The notes: generated by a model from the sequence alone, not told the origin. A stretch of DNA of 64,000 nt from Thermoanaerobaculia bacterium (GCA_963816185.1 CAWFJJ010000001.1:608001-672000); one strand, 5' to 3'. Positions 31,572-41,993 are shown, numbered from the stretch's first letter. Numbers and translations: made by a program.

Positions 31572-32558
31572 ATGGCGATGGAATCGAAGACGATCTGGCT
31601 GAACGGGGAATTCGTCGACTACGAGAAGGCGACTCTCCACTTCCTCACGCCCGGCCTGCATTACGGCATCGGCGTCTTCGAGGGAATCCGCTGCTACGCG
31701 ACGGCCGACGGGCCGGCCATCTTTCGCCTCGGCGAGCACATCGCGCGCTTCTTCCACTCGGCCTATTGCCTCGGTTTCCGGGAGCTTCCGTTCCCCGAGG
31801 AGCAGATCGCCGAGGCGTGCGCCGAGCTCGTCTTCCGCAACGGGTTCGACGATTGCTACATCCGCCCGCTCCTCTATCTCGCGAGCGGCGGCTCGGGCGG
31901 CGGCTGGAACCTGAACCTCGACGGCGGCTCGCCGGCCATCGGCATCGCCGCGTGGGAGTGGAAGAACTACCTCGGGGCCGAGGCTCTCGAGAAAGGCGTG
32001 CGCGCGAACGTCTCGTCCTTCACGCGCCACCATCCGAACGTCACGATGACGAAGGCCAAGATCAGCGGCAGCTACGCGAACAGCTTTCTCGCGAAGACCG
32101 AGTCGGTGCGGCTGGGCTTCGACGAAGCCATCATGCTCGACCCTCAGGGATACGTGGCCGAATGCACGGGAGAGAACCTCTTCCTCGTGAAGAACGGCAC
32201 GATCATCACGTCGCCCTCGGCGCCCATCCTGGAAGGCATCACGCGCGACTCTCTCGTGGCGCTCGCGGGCGACCTCGGCATTCCCGTCGTCGAGCGGCCC
32301 GTCTCGCGCGACCAGCTCTACACCGCCGACGAGGTCTTCGTGTGCGGCACGGCGGCCGAGTGCATCGCGCTCCGCGAGATCGACTTCCGAAAGATCGGCC
32401 GCGGCACTGCGGGCCCCGTCACACGCAAGCTCCAGAAGGCCTTCCACGCCGCCGTCAAGGGCGAGCATCCGCGCTCGAACGAATGGTGTACCTGGGTCCG
32501 TGAGGAGGCGGCGGCGCTTCCGCCCCCCGCGCGCATCGCGGGCGGCCGGCAACGCTGA
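31572..32558 (+). CDS. ilvE: Branched-chain amino acid aminotransferase
   Basis: LHYGIGVFEGIR, AKISGSY, ECTGENLF, LEGITR, ADEVFVCGTAAE. Confidence 0.95.
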   Translation: MAMESKTIWLNGEFVDYEKATLHFLTPGLHYGIGVFEGIRCYATADGPAIFRLGEHIARFFHSAYCLGFRELPFPEEQIAEACAELVFRNGFDDCYIRPLLYLASGGSGGGWNLNLDGGSPAIGIAAWEWKNYLGAEALEKGVRANVSSFTRHHPNVTMTKAKISGSYANSFLAKTESVRLGFDEAIMLDPQGYVAECTGENLFLVKNGTIITSPSAPILEGITRDSLVALAGDLGIPVVERPVSRDQLYTADEVFVCGTAAECIALREIDFRKIGRGTAGPVTRKLQKAFHAAVKGEHPRSNEWCTWVREEAAALPPPARIAGGRQR

Positions 32559-32630
32559 GCCCTCCTTGTTGTTGCAGCGACTCGCTCCTGCTCGCCGCGG
32601 GTTCTTATGTTAGCTGCGAGGGCTCCGCAC

Positions 32631-35024
32631 TCAATGTTTCCGGACAGGAACGAACGGACCGGACGCTTCGATTCGAGGGTTAAGCGAGAGAGCGAAAACG
32701 GTCCCGAAATTGGCTGAACCTCCGTTCGCCGTCGTCCCGTAGAGATTTCCGAGGCCATCCAGGAGAAGCGAGCATACCGGGTTATGCCCATCGATAGGTC
32801 GCTCCTCAAATGCATGTAGGAGTTGAAGACCGGCGCCGTCTGTCTTGATGCTGAAGACTGTGCCGCCTCCGAGCGGGCCCCCGAATTGAGTTGTTCCGTA
32901 AAGGTTTCCGAACCCGTACACAACTGCGGACGGAGTGCCACCTTCCGTTGAAGGAATGCCATCTTCGATCGCTCCCGTGAAGGCGTGCAACACTTGGTAG
33001 CCGGTCCCGTCGGAGGAGATTCTGAATATGGTGCCAGAGTGGGAAGGACCGCCAATTTCGGTGGTTCCGAAAAAGGTTCCCGACCCGTCGGTAGTTAAGA
33101 AGCCCCCGGGGCTTATCCCATCGTCGCCGCCGACGAAGGTGTGCAGAAGGTGGAAGCCCGTGCCATCCGTTCTCAGCTTGAAGACCGTCCCCCAGTTCGT
33201 CGCTCCCCCTCCGATCGTCGTTCCGTAAAGGTTTCCGAGGCCGTCGAGGAGCAGGGAGGCGTAGGGTAATGCCCCGTTGCTCGTTGAGTCATAGCCGAAC
33301 GTATGGAGCAGCTGGAAGCCCGACCCGTCGACTCTCATTCTGAAAACGGTGCCCACTGTGGCTGCGCCTCCTTCGACCGTCGTTCCGTAGAGATTTCCCG
33401 AGCCGTCGAGGATCAGAGCAGCGCCAGGGACAAGGCCATCTGCGGCGCCGCCTTGGAAGGCATGCAGAATCTGAAAGCCTGACCCATCAGTCCTGAGCCG
33501 GAAAATGGTGCCGCCGTTCGCGGCCCCTCCCGTCCACGTCGTTCCGTAAAGGTTCCCCGACTGATCTGGAACCATTGCAGAACCCGGTGCGGCCCCATCG
33601 TTCGGGCCACCGACGAAGGTATGCAGCAGTTGGAAGCCCGTGCCGTCTGGCCTGATCCTGAAGACTGTACCTGTGTTAGAGGCGCCGCCGAGAGACGTCG
33701 TCCCGTAAAGGTAGCCCGGCGCGTCCGCGATCACCGATGCCACTGGCCCGCTGCCGTCGCCCGTGAAGCCCGCGAATGCGTGCAGAACCCGGAAGCCGCT
33801 TCCGTCGGTGTCGACCCCGAAGACGGTGCCCGAGTTTGAGAGAGCACCGTCGGCCATGGTCCCGTAAAGAGTTCCAGAACCAACCAGAATCAGGGAGCCC
33901 GACGGTGAGATTCCATCGGGCGGGTCTACAAATGTGCGCAGGACCTGGTACCCGGTCGCATCCGTCCTTACCTTGAAGAGGGTTGCGCCAAATGTTGTAC
34001 CGCTGCCCGACGTCATACCGTATAGAGTCCCGGATCGATCAAGTAACAACGAGCCGACGGGGTAAATCGCGTCGGTCGCACTTGCGCCGAACGAATGGAG
34101 GATCTGGAAGGCTGAGCCATCCTTGGCGATCCGGAATACGGTCCCGGCGTTAAACAAGCCCCCGAATCCAGTCGCTCCATAGAGGTTGCCCGCCCCGTCC
34201 GTCGTGACGGAGCCGGAAGGGCCCCCTCCATCGTTCGCGTCAACGGGAAAGGCTCGCAGGAGCTGAAATTCTGTTCCGTCCGTCTTGATCCTGAAGATGG
34301 TTCCGGCGCCGTCGTAGAACCCCCTGAGGTGGTAATCCACCCGCGGGTGGCCGCCGAAGGCCGTTGTGCCGGAGAGGGTGCCCGAGCCATCCAGAAGAAG
34401 GGAACCGGCAGGACCTCTCCCATCACCAACGCCGCCCGCGAACGTGTGAAGGAGCTGGAACCCCGTTCCGTCCGTTCTGAGCTTGAAGATGGTGCCGTAG
34501 TCCGAAGGACCGCCACCACTCGTCGTTCCGTAAAGGCTTCCCGTGCCGTCCGGAGTGAGCGAGACAAGAGGGAATCTTCCGTCACCGCCCGCAAATGAAT
34601 GAAGGACCTCGAAGCTGCTGCCATCCTCCTTGATCGTGAAAACGGTGCCCTCGCTCGCTGTTCCTCCGGTCCGAGTCGTGCCGTAGAGGTTTCCCGCATC
34701 GTCGAGGACGAGAGAAGCCTCAGGATCGAAACCGTCGTTCGCGCCGCCCGCGAATGCGTGAAGGCGCTGAAAGCCCGTACCATCCGTGTTGATCGTGAAG
34801 ACGGTGCCGCCGTCCGACGGGCCTCCGTGGGCCGTCGTTCCGTAAAGGTTGCCGCGGGTATCTGAAATCAACGGCGCACGGGGGATGCTCTCGGCGCCTT
34901 GAAAGGAGTGAAGAACGGAATAGCGGACGTGCGCTGGCGGTGAACCGCCGTCGGCGACCTGCGGGATGCCGGACCCTGTCAGGGTAAAGACGGAAGCGAG
35001 CAGCACCCTCGATCCGGAACGCAT
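32631..35024 (-). CDS. Exported tandem-repeat (GloVer/choice-of-anchor type) beta-propeller protein, 14 repeats
   Basis: 14 units of ..GNLYGTT..GG..GTVF....DG.GFQ.LH.F; N-terminal signal-like segment; lower GC. Confidence 0.85.
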   Translation of the reverse strand: MRSGSRVLLASVFTLTGSGIPQVADGGSPPAHVRYSVLHSFQGAESIPRAPLISDTRGNLYGTTAHGGPSDGGTVFTINTDGTGFQRLHAFAGGANDGFDPEASLVLDDAGNLYGTTRTGGTASEGTVFTIKEDGSSFEVLHSFAGGDGRFPLVSLTPDGTGSLYGTTSGGGPSDYGTIFKLRTDGTGFQLLHTFAGGVGDGRGPAGSLLLDGSGTLSGTTAFGGHPRVDYHLRGFYDGAGTIFRIKTDGTEFQLLRAFPVDANDGGGPSGSVTTDGAGNLYGATGFGGLFNAGTVFRIAKDGSAFQILHSFGASATDAIYPVGSLLLDRSGTLYGMTSGSGTTFGATLFKVRTDATGYQVLRTFVDPPDGISPSGSLILVGSGTLYGTMADGALSNSGTVFGVDTDGSGFRVLHAFAGFTGDGSGPVASVIADAPGYLYGTTSLGGASNTGTVFRIRPDGTGFQLLHTFVGGPNDGAAPGSAMVPDQSGNLYGTTWTGGAANGGTIFRLRTDGSGFQILHAFQGGAADGLVPGAALILDGSGNLYGTTVEGGAATVGTVFRMRVDGSGFQLLHTFGYDSTSNGALPYASLLLDGLGNLYGTTIGGGATNWGTVFKLRTDGTGFHLLHTFVGGDDGISPGGFLTTDGSGTFFGTTEIGGPSHSGTIFRISSDGTGYQVLHAFTGAIEDGIPSTEGGTPSAVVYGFGNLYGTTQFGGPLGGGTVFSIKTDGAGLQLLHAFEERPIDGHNPVCSLLLDGLGNLYGTTANGGSANFGTVFALSLNPRIEASGPFVPVRKH

Positions 35025-35191
35025 TTCTCTGCCTCTCACCGTAGCTCTGCTTGACGCGTCATCGACGTCCAAACGGAAGTGTAGGCGTCAGGCGAGCACT
35101 AACCGCGAAAGATGATGTGTCTGCTCCATCCGTGATGGAGCGCTGCGACTGACGACAAGGCTGAGCGTTACGGCTCCGGTTCCATCCAGAC

Positions 35192-35308
35192 GACCGCGAG
35201 CCACCCCCGCGCGATAGGCCGCCCGGAAGAGCCGGCCGAAACGGGTCCGGGAATGACGACATCGTAGAGCGGTAGGCCGAAAAGCGAGGGGGAAGACGTG
35301 TCCTGCAT
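35192..35308 (-). repeat. Degenerate 117-bp copy of the 5' end of gene 36581..37093 (gene remnant)
   Basis: MQDTSSPSLFGLPLYDVVIPG...PIARGWLAV vs MRYTSSLSLFGLPLYDVVIPG...PVARGWLAV (36977-37093). Confidence 0.85.
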
Positions 35309-35703
35309 CAGCGCGCGGCTCCTTGCCGGAGGCGGAAGAATACCCAGGGCGCGAGGGTGAGCCAGACGAGGAAGAGAACCCAGACGCGGCCCGCCCGGAG
35401 GTTGTAGTCGTGGAGGACGTCCGACAGGGGGCGACGCGCGAGCACGAGGCCCATGAAGAACTCGAAGGCGACGGTGAGGACGAGCCACACGAGCCCGATG
35501 AGGAGCGCCTCACGACTCGAGATCGGAGGCCACGTCCGCACGACGAACCAGATGAAGATGCCCATCAGCACCGAGCCGATCAGAGTGGAGAGCTGATGCG
35601 CGCGGAGCTCCGGCATCACCCTGGCGAACGTCGCCTGGCGCAGCGCGCCGTTCGCGACGGCGATGACGAGCATCGGAAGCCAGGCGAGGACGTAGCGGGT
35701 CAC
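35308..35703 (-). CDS. Conserved hypothetical membrane protein
   Basis: IAVANGALR...AHQLST...WLVLTVAFEF...DYNLRAGRVW; 4 TM segments. Confidence 0.75.
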   Translation of the reverse strand: MTRYVLAWLPMLVIAVANGALRQATFARVMPELRAHQLSTLIGSVLMGIFIWFVVRTWPPISSREALLIGLVWLVLTVAFEFFMGLVLARRPLSDVLHDYNLRAGRVWVLFLVWLTLAPWVFFRLRQGAAR

Positions 35704-35704
35704 G

Positions 35705-36124
35705 TCAGTGGTCGTTCTTGATTTGGGCGAGGGTCACGAGCGCCGACACCTCGCGAATTTGCCGGACCTCGAGCCGGACTCCTCGACCCTCCGCATAACG
35801 GGGTGAGGCGTCGATTGCCTTCATGACGGAGCCCGGGAGCTTCCGTTCGTGCGCCGCGGCGACGGCCTTCTCCCCGAGCGCGAAGGACACCAGGAAGTGT
35901 CCCTTGCGGGGAGTCATGTAGAGGAGGACGCGGTTCTTGCGCTTCAATCGAAGACCCCAGCCGGTGACGGCGCTCGTGAAGCCCCAGACCGTGGAAATTT
36001 TATCGATGCGGAAGGTGACGAGCTCGATGAGTCGGGCCCAGGCGTCGTGCGCCCTGCCGAGGACCGCCCGGAGATCTTCCTCGGTGGGTCGAAGGGCCTT
36101 GTCGGCGAATGCGCTGAGGGCCAG
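35705..36124 (-). CDS. DUF3788-like protein, apparent CTG start
   Basis: SD AAGGAG then CTG GCC CTC AGC (MALSAFADK); GWGLRLKRKNRVLLY...YAEGRGVR. Confidence 0.7.
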   Translation of the reverse strand: MALSAFADKALRPTEEDLRAVLGRAHDAWARLIELVTFRIDKISTVWGFTSAVTGWGLRLKRKNRVLLYMTPRKGHFLVSFALGEKAVAAAHERKLPGSVMKAIDASPRYAEGRGVRLEVRQIREVSALVTLAQIKNDH

Positions 36125-36162
36125 AAAAGCTCCTTTTCAGTCCGTCTCCGTGAGGATGACGG

Positions 36163-36594
36163 TCAGGCGTGGTCGTACCGAAGGAGACCGTGATGTGAGA
36201 TGAGCTTCCACTCGCCGTCCAGCGTCGTGTAGACCTTGCACGCTCTGCCCAGCCAGTGGAAATCGGCGCCGGTGTGCGCGCGCCAGAGGGTGTCGACGTC
36301 CACGACGGCGAAGCCGGCGTCCTGCTCGGCGGAAACCTCGATCCTCACGATGTTGCGCCGGTTGTGAACGAGGGTGTGGGTGGCGAAGAGATCCGCCCAA
36401 CCTTGCCTCCAACGCACGTGATCGAATCGACCAAGCTCGAGAACCCAGAGCGCGGGATCGTGCGCCATGTTGTTCGCGGGCCACGGCCAGACCATGTCCG
36501 GGTGGAAGATCGACATGAGAAGCGTGAGGTCCTGCGTGTCCCAGGCCCGGGTCTCGCGATCCACGATCTCCTTGATGCGTTCACGTGCGTCCAC
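36163..36594 (-). CDS. NTF2/SnoaL-like protein
   Basis: VDRETRAWD...FHPDMVWPWP...AVVDVDTLW...GEWKLISH. Confidence 0.75.
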   Translation of the reverse strand: MDARERIKEIVDRETRAWDTQDLTLLMSIFHPDMVWPWPANNMAHDPALWVLELGRFDHVRWRQGWADLFATHTLVHNRRNIVRIEVSAEQDAGFAVVDVDTLWRAHTGADFHWLGRACKVYTTLDGEWKLISHHGLLRYDHA

Positions 36595-37093
36595 GGCGCG
36601 CTTTCCTGGCGAGGACGGGAACGAGGAGGAGGCAAACCAGGATGGCCAAGAACCAGTCGGAATGCCGTGCCACCCGACGAAGCGCCGGCCACACGAACCC
36701 GGATGAGAAGAACGCGCGCGCGGCGGAATCGTTCGCGTGCTCCGCAAAGGCCACGCCTCCCAACGCGTAAGTGAACGCGGCGGCGAGACCTCCGAGAGCC
36801 GCGTTTACCGCGATCGCCACGCCTCCCAGCGCCCAGTAGCCGACGGCGGCGCCGCCGAAAGCGATCGCTCCGGCCGTGAGGCCGCCGATGGAGAGAAAGC
36901 CGAGAGCGAGGCCACCGAAGGCAAATCCGCCGACGGAGAGCCCTCCGAACGCGATCACGCCGATCGCGATCGGGCCGACCGCGAGCCAACCCCGCGCAAC
37001 AGGCCGCCCGGGAGGGCCGGCCGGGGCAGACCCGGGAATGACGACGTCGTAGAGCGGCAGGCCGAAAAGTGAAAGGGAGGACGTGTATCGCAT
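36581..37093 (-). CDS. Gly/Ala-rich membrane protein
   Basis: ARGWLAVGPIAIGVIAFGG and repeated GG.A.G units. Confidence 0.75.
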   Translation of the reverse strand: MRYTSSLSLFGLPLYDVVIPGSAPAGPPGRPVARGWLAVGPIAIGVIAFGGLSVGGFAFGGLALGFLSIGGLTAGAIAFGGAAVGYWALGGVAIAVNAALGGLAAAFTYALGGVAFAEHANDSAARAFFSSGFVWPALRRVARHSDWFLAILVCLLLVPVLARKARRGRT

Positions 37094-37165
37094 GGGTCTC
37101 GCGTCGCTCCGCAGTTTACGCGGCCGTCCGCGGGTGAAAGCGTCGGGGGGATGACCGTTGGCGCT

Positions 37166-37429
37166 TTAGCGAGAGGAATCCCGCAGAACCGACAGAAAAG
37201 CCCCGACGAAAAGGGCCAGCCCAAGAAGAGCGACGCCGACCTCCCAGGTCTCTTTTCCCTCGAAGACGCTTCTTCCTCTGCCGGCGAATAGCCCGACGAA
37301 GAGGACGGCTCCGGCCCAGAGCAGCAGCAGGAACCGGAGCTTCCGTCCGATGCGACGGCGGAGGTCGGGGAAGAAGAGCAACACGAGCGGCGCCCCGACC
37401 ACGAGGATCAGGAGCACCGAACGCTTCAC
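37166..37429 (-). CDS. Small membrane protein
   Basis: Three hydrophobic segments; directly downstream of permease; contains a weak motif copy at about 37250-37278. Confidence 0.55.
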   Translation of the reverse strand: MKRSVLLILVVGAPLVLLFFPDLRRRIGRKLRFLLLLWAGAVLFVGLFAGRGRSVFEGKETWEVGVALLGLALFVGAFLSVLRDSSR

Positions 37430-37436
37430 AATGCGC

Positions 37437-38945
37437 TCAGGAGTTGTCTCCGCGGGCTCGGGCCTGCTGGAGAACCGAGTGGTGCCGGCCGTAGCCGAAG
37501 TAAATGAAGAACCCGAGCGCCAGCCAGATGATGAGCCGCCACCAGTTCTCGGCGGGAAGGGAGAACATCAGGAGCGTGCAGGTGAGGATGCCGAGAATCG
37601 GCGTGAGGGGCACGAAGGGCACCCTGAACGGCCGTGGCGCCTCCGGGTTCGTGCGCCGCATGATGAGAACGGCTGCGCAAACGACGACGAACGCGAAAAG
37701 TGTTCCGATGTTGACGAGCTCGGCCAGAACGCGCAGAGGCAGGAAGGACGCGAGAGTGGCCACGAAGAGGCCGGTGACGATCGTCGCTTTCCAGGGAGTC
37801 CTGAACCTCTCGTGGATCGCGGCGAAAAAATTCGGGGGCATGAGGCCGTCGCGCGCCATCGCCAGGATGACGCGCGGCTGGCTGAGCATCATGACGAGGA
37901 GCACCGAGGTGATGCCCGAGAGAGCTCCGAGAGAGACCAGAAACTGCGCCCACGGCAGCCCAACCTGCCGGAACGCGTCCGAGACGGGAGCGTCGATGTT
38001 GATCTTGTTGTAGGGAACCATGCCGGTGAGGACCGCCGCCACGGCGATGTAGAGAACCGTACAGAGGACGAGCGACGTCACGATGCCGATGGGAACGTCG
38101 CGCGTCGGGTTCTTGGCCTCCTCGGCGTGAGTCGATACCGAATCGAAGCCGATGTACGCGAAGAAGATCGTCGCCGCGCCCGCGAGCATGCCGAGAGGCT
38201 CGCCGCCCGCCCCGGTCTGCCCGAACAAGGTCTTTCCGAAGAAGCTCACGCCGGTGAGGCCGAAGGGAGCAAAGGGCTTCCAGTTTGCCGGGTTGACGTA
38301 GAAGGCGCCGACGATGATCACGAAGAAGACGATGATCAGCTTGACGATGACCATCGTCGCGTTGAAGCTGGCGCTTTCCCTGATCCCTTTCACGAGAATG
38401 GCCGTCACGAGGATCGTGATGATGAGAGCGGGAAGATCGAGCACCGTGCCGGTCGAGACGAAATGCCCGAGATGGGGATCGTAATCGAACGGCGCCGTGG
38501 AGAACGCGTGGGGAAGCTTGACTCCCAGGATTCCTATGAAGTCCTGAAAGTAATGCGACCAGCCGTGCGCGACGGTGGCGGAACCGACGGCGTATTCGAG
38601 AATGAGGTCCCACCCGATGATCCAGGCGAGGAGCTCTCCCAGCGTTGCGTAGGCATAGGTGTAGGCAGAGCCCGCGACCGGCACCATCGAGGCGAATTCG
38701 GCGTAGCACAGCGCCGCGAAAATGCAGGCGATTCCGGCCGATACGAACGACAGCATCAGGGCGGGCCCGGTCTTGTCGTGGGCCGCCTGACCCGTAAGCA
38801 CGAAGATGCCGGTGCCGATGATCGCGCCGACTCCGAGGCTCGTGAGCTGCACCGGTCCCAGGATGCGACGCAGCCGGTTCTCTCCCTTCATCTCCTCCAT
38901 GAGGCGTTCCATGGATTTCGTCGCAAAGAGCGGGTTCTGAGACAA
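37437..38945 (-). CDS. APC family amino acid permease
   Basis: LGVGAIIGTGIF, CYAEFASMVPVAGSAYTY, FFAYIGFD, EEAKNP. Confidence 0.95.
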   Translation of the reverse strand: MSQNPLFATKSMERLMEEMKGENRLRRILGPVQLTSLGVGAIIGTGIFVLTGQAAHDKTGPALMLSFVSAGIACIFAALCYAEFASMVPVAGSAYTYAYATLGELLAWIIGWDLILEYAVGSATVAHGWSHYFQDFIGILGVKLPHAFSTAPFDYDPHLGHFVSTGTVLDLPALIITILVTAILVKGIRESASFNATMVIVKLIIVFFVIIVGAFYVNPANWKPFAPFGLTGVSFFGKTLFGQTGAGGEPLGMLAGAATIFFAYIGFDSVSTHAEEAKNPTRDVPIGIVTSLVLCTVLYIAVAAVLTGMVPYNKINIDAPVSDAFRQVGLPWAQFLVSLGALSGITSVLLVMMLSQPRVILAMARDGLMPPNFFAAIHERFRTPWKATIVTGLFVATLASFLPLRVLAELVNIGTLFAFVVVCAAVLIMRRTNPEAPRPFRVPFVPLTPILGILTCTLLMFSLPAENWWRLIIWLALGFFIYFGYGRHHSVLQQARARGDNS

Positions 38946-39037
38946 CGTTTCCCCCCTGTCCGCACGGCGCGGCGCCGGAATGTTTCGCGGAACATACACC
39001 AGAGCCCGCTTAGAATGTCGACAAGAGGGGAGCAGGC

Positions 39038-39616
39038 ATGACGGTTTCTCATCCGCCGGCCCTCGCGCCGGGCGACATCGCGGACGAGTTCCGCTCTTCG
39101 GTCAAGGTCTACGGGGCGAAGACGCCGCTCGCGGGTGTGAAGATCCACCGACTCGCGCGGCACGTGGACGACCGCGGATTCTTCCAGGAGATCTATCGCG
39201 TGCAGGCGGACCATTCGGGCAGCGAAGGCCTCGCCGAGTTCTTCCGCGACGTCGCCGTGGCCCAGATCAACTTCACGATCGTGAACGCCGAGAACCACGT
39301 CAAAGGCCTGCACTATCACCTCAAGCAGCAGGACGTGTGGTTCTGCCCGCACCCGTCGAAAGCGAAGTTCGTCCTGTTCGACGTGCGCAAGGGCTCGCCG
39401 ACGTTCGGCGGGACGCAGGTCGTCGTGGCCGGGGACGGGCAGGACGTCCTCGTGCGCATCCCGGAGGGCGTCGCGCACGGCTATCGGCCGCTCACGAACC
39501 CCTGCGCGCTCTTTTACATCGTGACGCGCACGTTCGACGCGAAGGACCCCGACGAATGGCGCATCCCCTGGGACCACCCCGCCGTGAAGGACCTCTGGGA
39601 AATCCCGAACGGCTGA
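39038..39616 (+). CDS. dTDP-4-dehydrorhamnose 3,5-epimerase family (RmlC-like cupin)
   Basis: HVDDRGFFQE, KGLHYH, DVRKGSPTFG, IPEGVAHGY. Confidence 0.8.
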   Translation: MTVSHPPALAPGDIADEFRSSVKVYGAKTPLAGVKIHRLARHVDDRGFFQEIYRVQADHSGSEGLAEFFRDVAVAQINFTIVNAENHVKGLHYHLKQQDVWFCPHPSKAKFVLFDVRKGSPTFGGTQVVVAGDGQDVLVRIPEGVAHGYRPLTNPCALFYIVTRTFDAKDPDEWRIPWDHPAVKDLWEIPNG

Positions 39617-39631
39617 TCGCCGTCGGACCTT

Positions 39632-40105
39632 TCAGCGCTTCTCGCGGACCGTCAGGACGGGCACGGGGCAGAGACGCACGACGCGCTCGGCCGTGGAGCC
39701 GATGAGGAGCTTCTCGAGCGCGTTTCGGCCGTGCGTGCCGAGGACGACGAGCGACGCCTTCGTCTTCACGGCCGTTTCGACGATTGCGTCCGACGGGCGG
39801 CCCCACAGGAACTCGGACGTCGCGGAGACGCCGCGCTTCTCGGCGGAGGCGACGGCGGCCGTGAGGCGCTTTCTCGTCGCGTCCTCCCATTCCTTCTGCG
39901 TCGACACGTCGAGGTAAGGGAGCGCGCCCGCCACGTCGAAAGCCTGCACGGGCTCGACGAGGACGTGCAGAAGGTGAATTTTTGCGCCCTGCGAGGCCGC
40001 GAGCGACACGGCAAACGAAAATGCCCGCGCGGCACAGACGGAGAAATCCGTTCCGACGAGGATGTTCTTGAGGAAAGGCGCGGTTTTCTTCGACATCGCA
40101 ATCAC
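39632..40105 (-). CDS. Universal stress protein
   Basis: ILVGTDFS, LVVLGTHGR, LIGSTAERVVR. Confidence 0.92.
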   Translation of the reverse strand: MIAMSKKTAPFLKNILVGTDFSVCAARAFSFAVSLAASQGAKIHLLHVLVEPVQAFDVAGALPYLDVSTQKEWEDATRKRLTAAVASAEKRGVSATSEFLWGRPSDAIVETAVKTKASLVVLGTHGRNALEKLLIGSTAERVVRLCPVPVLTVREKR

Positions 40106-41462
40106 CTTTTCTGTCCGACGAGGCGCCTCTTCAGAACCGCGGCGGCGGCGGCGATCTCCTCGGACGACGGCTTCAGGGGGAAGGACGCACCGCGGCGGTA
40201 GCGCGGAATCCCGTCCACGAACGTCGCGACCACGTGCGAGCGGTCCATGCTGTAAACGATAGGCCCGTACGGGTCGTCGCGCCAGGTCGTCGGCTCGGCA
40301 AAACCCGAGCCCGGGTCCAGGAGCAGGAGATCGGCCCGCCGCCCTGGTTCGAGCGTGCCGGTCGGGGAGAGACGAGCGCCGAGGCGCCTTCGGCCGTCGC
40401 CATCCGGACGACGTCCCACGCGGAGAGCGCGCCGGGGCCGAGCCGGACTTTCGGGAGCAGCGCGGCGAGCCGCATCTCCGTGAACGCGTCGAGCCTGTCG
40501 TTGCACGGCGCCCCGTCCGCCCCGATCGTCACGGGGATGCCTTGTGCGCGGTATTCCGGCACGGGACAGATGCCCGAGGCGAGCTTGAGGTTCGAGGACG
40601 GGCAGTGCGCGACCGTCGTCCCGCGTGCGGCAAGGAGCGCGCGTTCGGCGTCGTCCGTGTGGAGGACGTGAGCGAGGACGACGTGCCTTCCGGAGATCCC
40701 GACGTCGTCGAGATAGGCCACGTTTCTCTTCCCGGTTCTCTGGAGGACGAGCGCGATCTCTTCGAGGTTCTCGGAAGCATGCGTGTGGACGAGAAAGCCG
40801 TTCGCCCGCGCCCGCGCGGCGACGCTTCTGAGGAGGCGGTCCGTGCACGAGACGGCGAAGCGGGGGCAATAAGCGACGCGCAGCTTGCCGCCCCCGGCGC
40901 CGTGCCATCTCTTCGCGAGGCGCGCCGTCTCCTCGAGAGCTTCGTCCATGCCCGCGCGGAGCTCGTCCGGGTTCGTCGCCGGGTCGTCCATGAGCGCGTT
41001 TCCGCTCGTGACCCGCACGCCCGAAGCGTCCGCCGCGCGGAACACGGCGTCCGTGTGGCGCACGGTCCCCATGTCCAGGATCGCGGTCGTGCCGCCCGCG
41101 AGGAGCTCCGCGAGGCCGAGCCGCGCCGAGACCTCCAGCGTCGCCTCGTCGTGCGCCGCTTCGCCCGGCCAGACGTGCGTCCTCAGCCACGGGAGGAGCG
41201 GCAGGTCGTCCGGGCCGTTCCGGAGCAACGTCTGGCAGAGGTGGATGTGCGTTTGGACGAATCCCGGCAGGAGCCAGAGGCCGCGCGCGTCGAAACGCTC
41301 GAGAGGCCGCCCGGCCGCCGCGATCTCGTGCGCACGGCGCTCCGCGTCGCCGTGAAGAGCCGTGATCACGCCGTCCTCGGCGAGGAGATGCCCGCTTTCC
41401 GTCACGTCCGAAGGACGGGTCATCCCGATGACTCGAGCGTTCTCGACGAAAAGGGGGATCAC
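40102..41462 (-). CDS. Amidohydrolase (MtaD / 5'-deoxyadenosine deaminase-like); frameshift near 40375
   Basis: PGFVQTHIHLCQ, HTHASE, HCPSSNLKLASG, GADGAPCN; C-terminal GTLEPGRRADL in another frame. Confidence 0.85.
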
Positions 41463-41480
41463 CCCGGGATTATCTTCTTC

Positions 41481-41993
41481 CTACGCGAGGATCGCCCCTT
41501 CGTGCGCGAGCAGCCAACGCTTCCGCGAAATCCCTCCGCCGTAGCCCGCGAGCTTGCCGTCTGACGCGATGACGCGATGGCACGGCACGACGACCGAGAC
41601 GGGATTTCGCGCGTTCGCACCCGCGACCGCGCGGACGGCGGAAGGCTTGCCGACGGCGCGCGCGAGCTGCGCGTACGACCAGGTCGTGCCAGGGGGAATG
41701 CGACGGAGGGCTTTCCAAACCTCTTCCTGAAAAGCAGTGCCATCCGTGTCGACGAGGACGTCGGCGAGTGCCTCGAGGTCGCCAGCGAAATATCGCCGCA
41801 AGGCGTCGGCTGCACCTCCGCCTTTCGGATTTTCTTCGAAGGAGATTTTCCCGAACCTCCGTATGAGGTCCGCTTCCATCCCTTTCCAGCGATCTTTGTA
41901 GACGAGTCCGACGAGGGCGGTTCCGCGGCTCACCAGAACGACGGTGCCCGCGGGCGTGTCGATTTCCGTGATGGAAAGCCGGGTGGGGTTCAT
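41481..41993 (-). CDS. ogt: Methylated-DNA--protein-cysteine methyltransferase
   Basis: GTAFQEEVW, RAVAGANARNP, PCHRV active site. Confidence 0.9.
   Translation of the reverse strand: MNPTRLSITEIDTPAGTVVLVSRGTALVGLVYKDRWKGMEADLIRRFGKISFEENPKGGGAADALRRYFAGDLEALADVLVDTDGTAFQEEVWKALRRIPPGTTWSYAQLARAVGKPSAVRAVAGANARNPVSVVVPCHRVIASDGKLAGYGGGISRKRWLLAHEGAILA

Noticed and set aside
32631-35024. Periodic DNA repeats suggesting an array or diversity-generating element
   Set aside because: Fully explained by in-frame protein repeats; no reverse transcriptase or template/variable pair.
39005-39020. CTTAGAATG as a copy of the dispersed motif
   Set aside because: Lacks the AGG continuation and purine tracts; better read as a TAGAAT -10 box for the RmlC-like gene.
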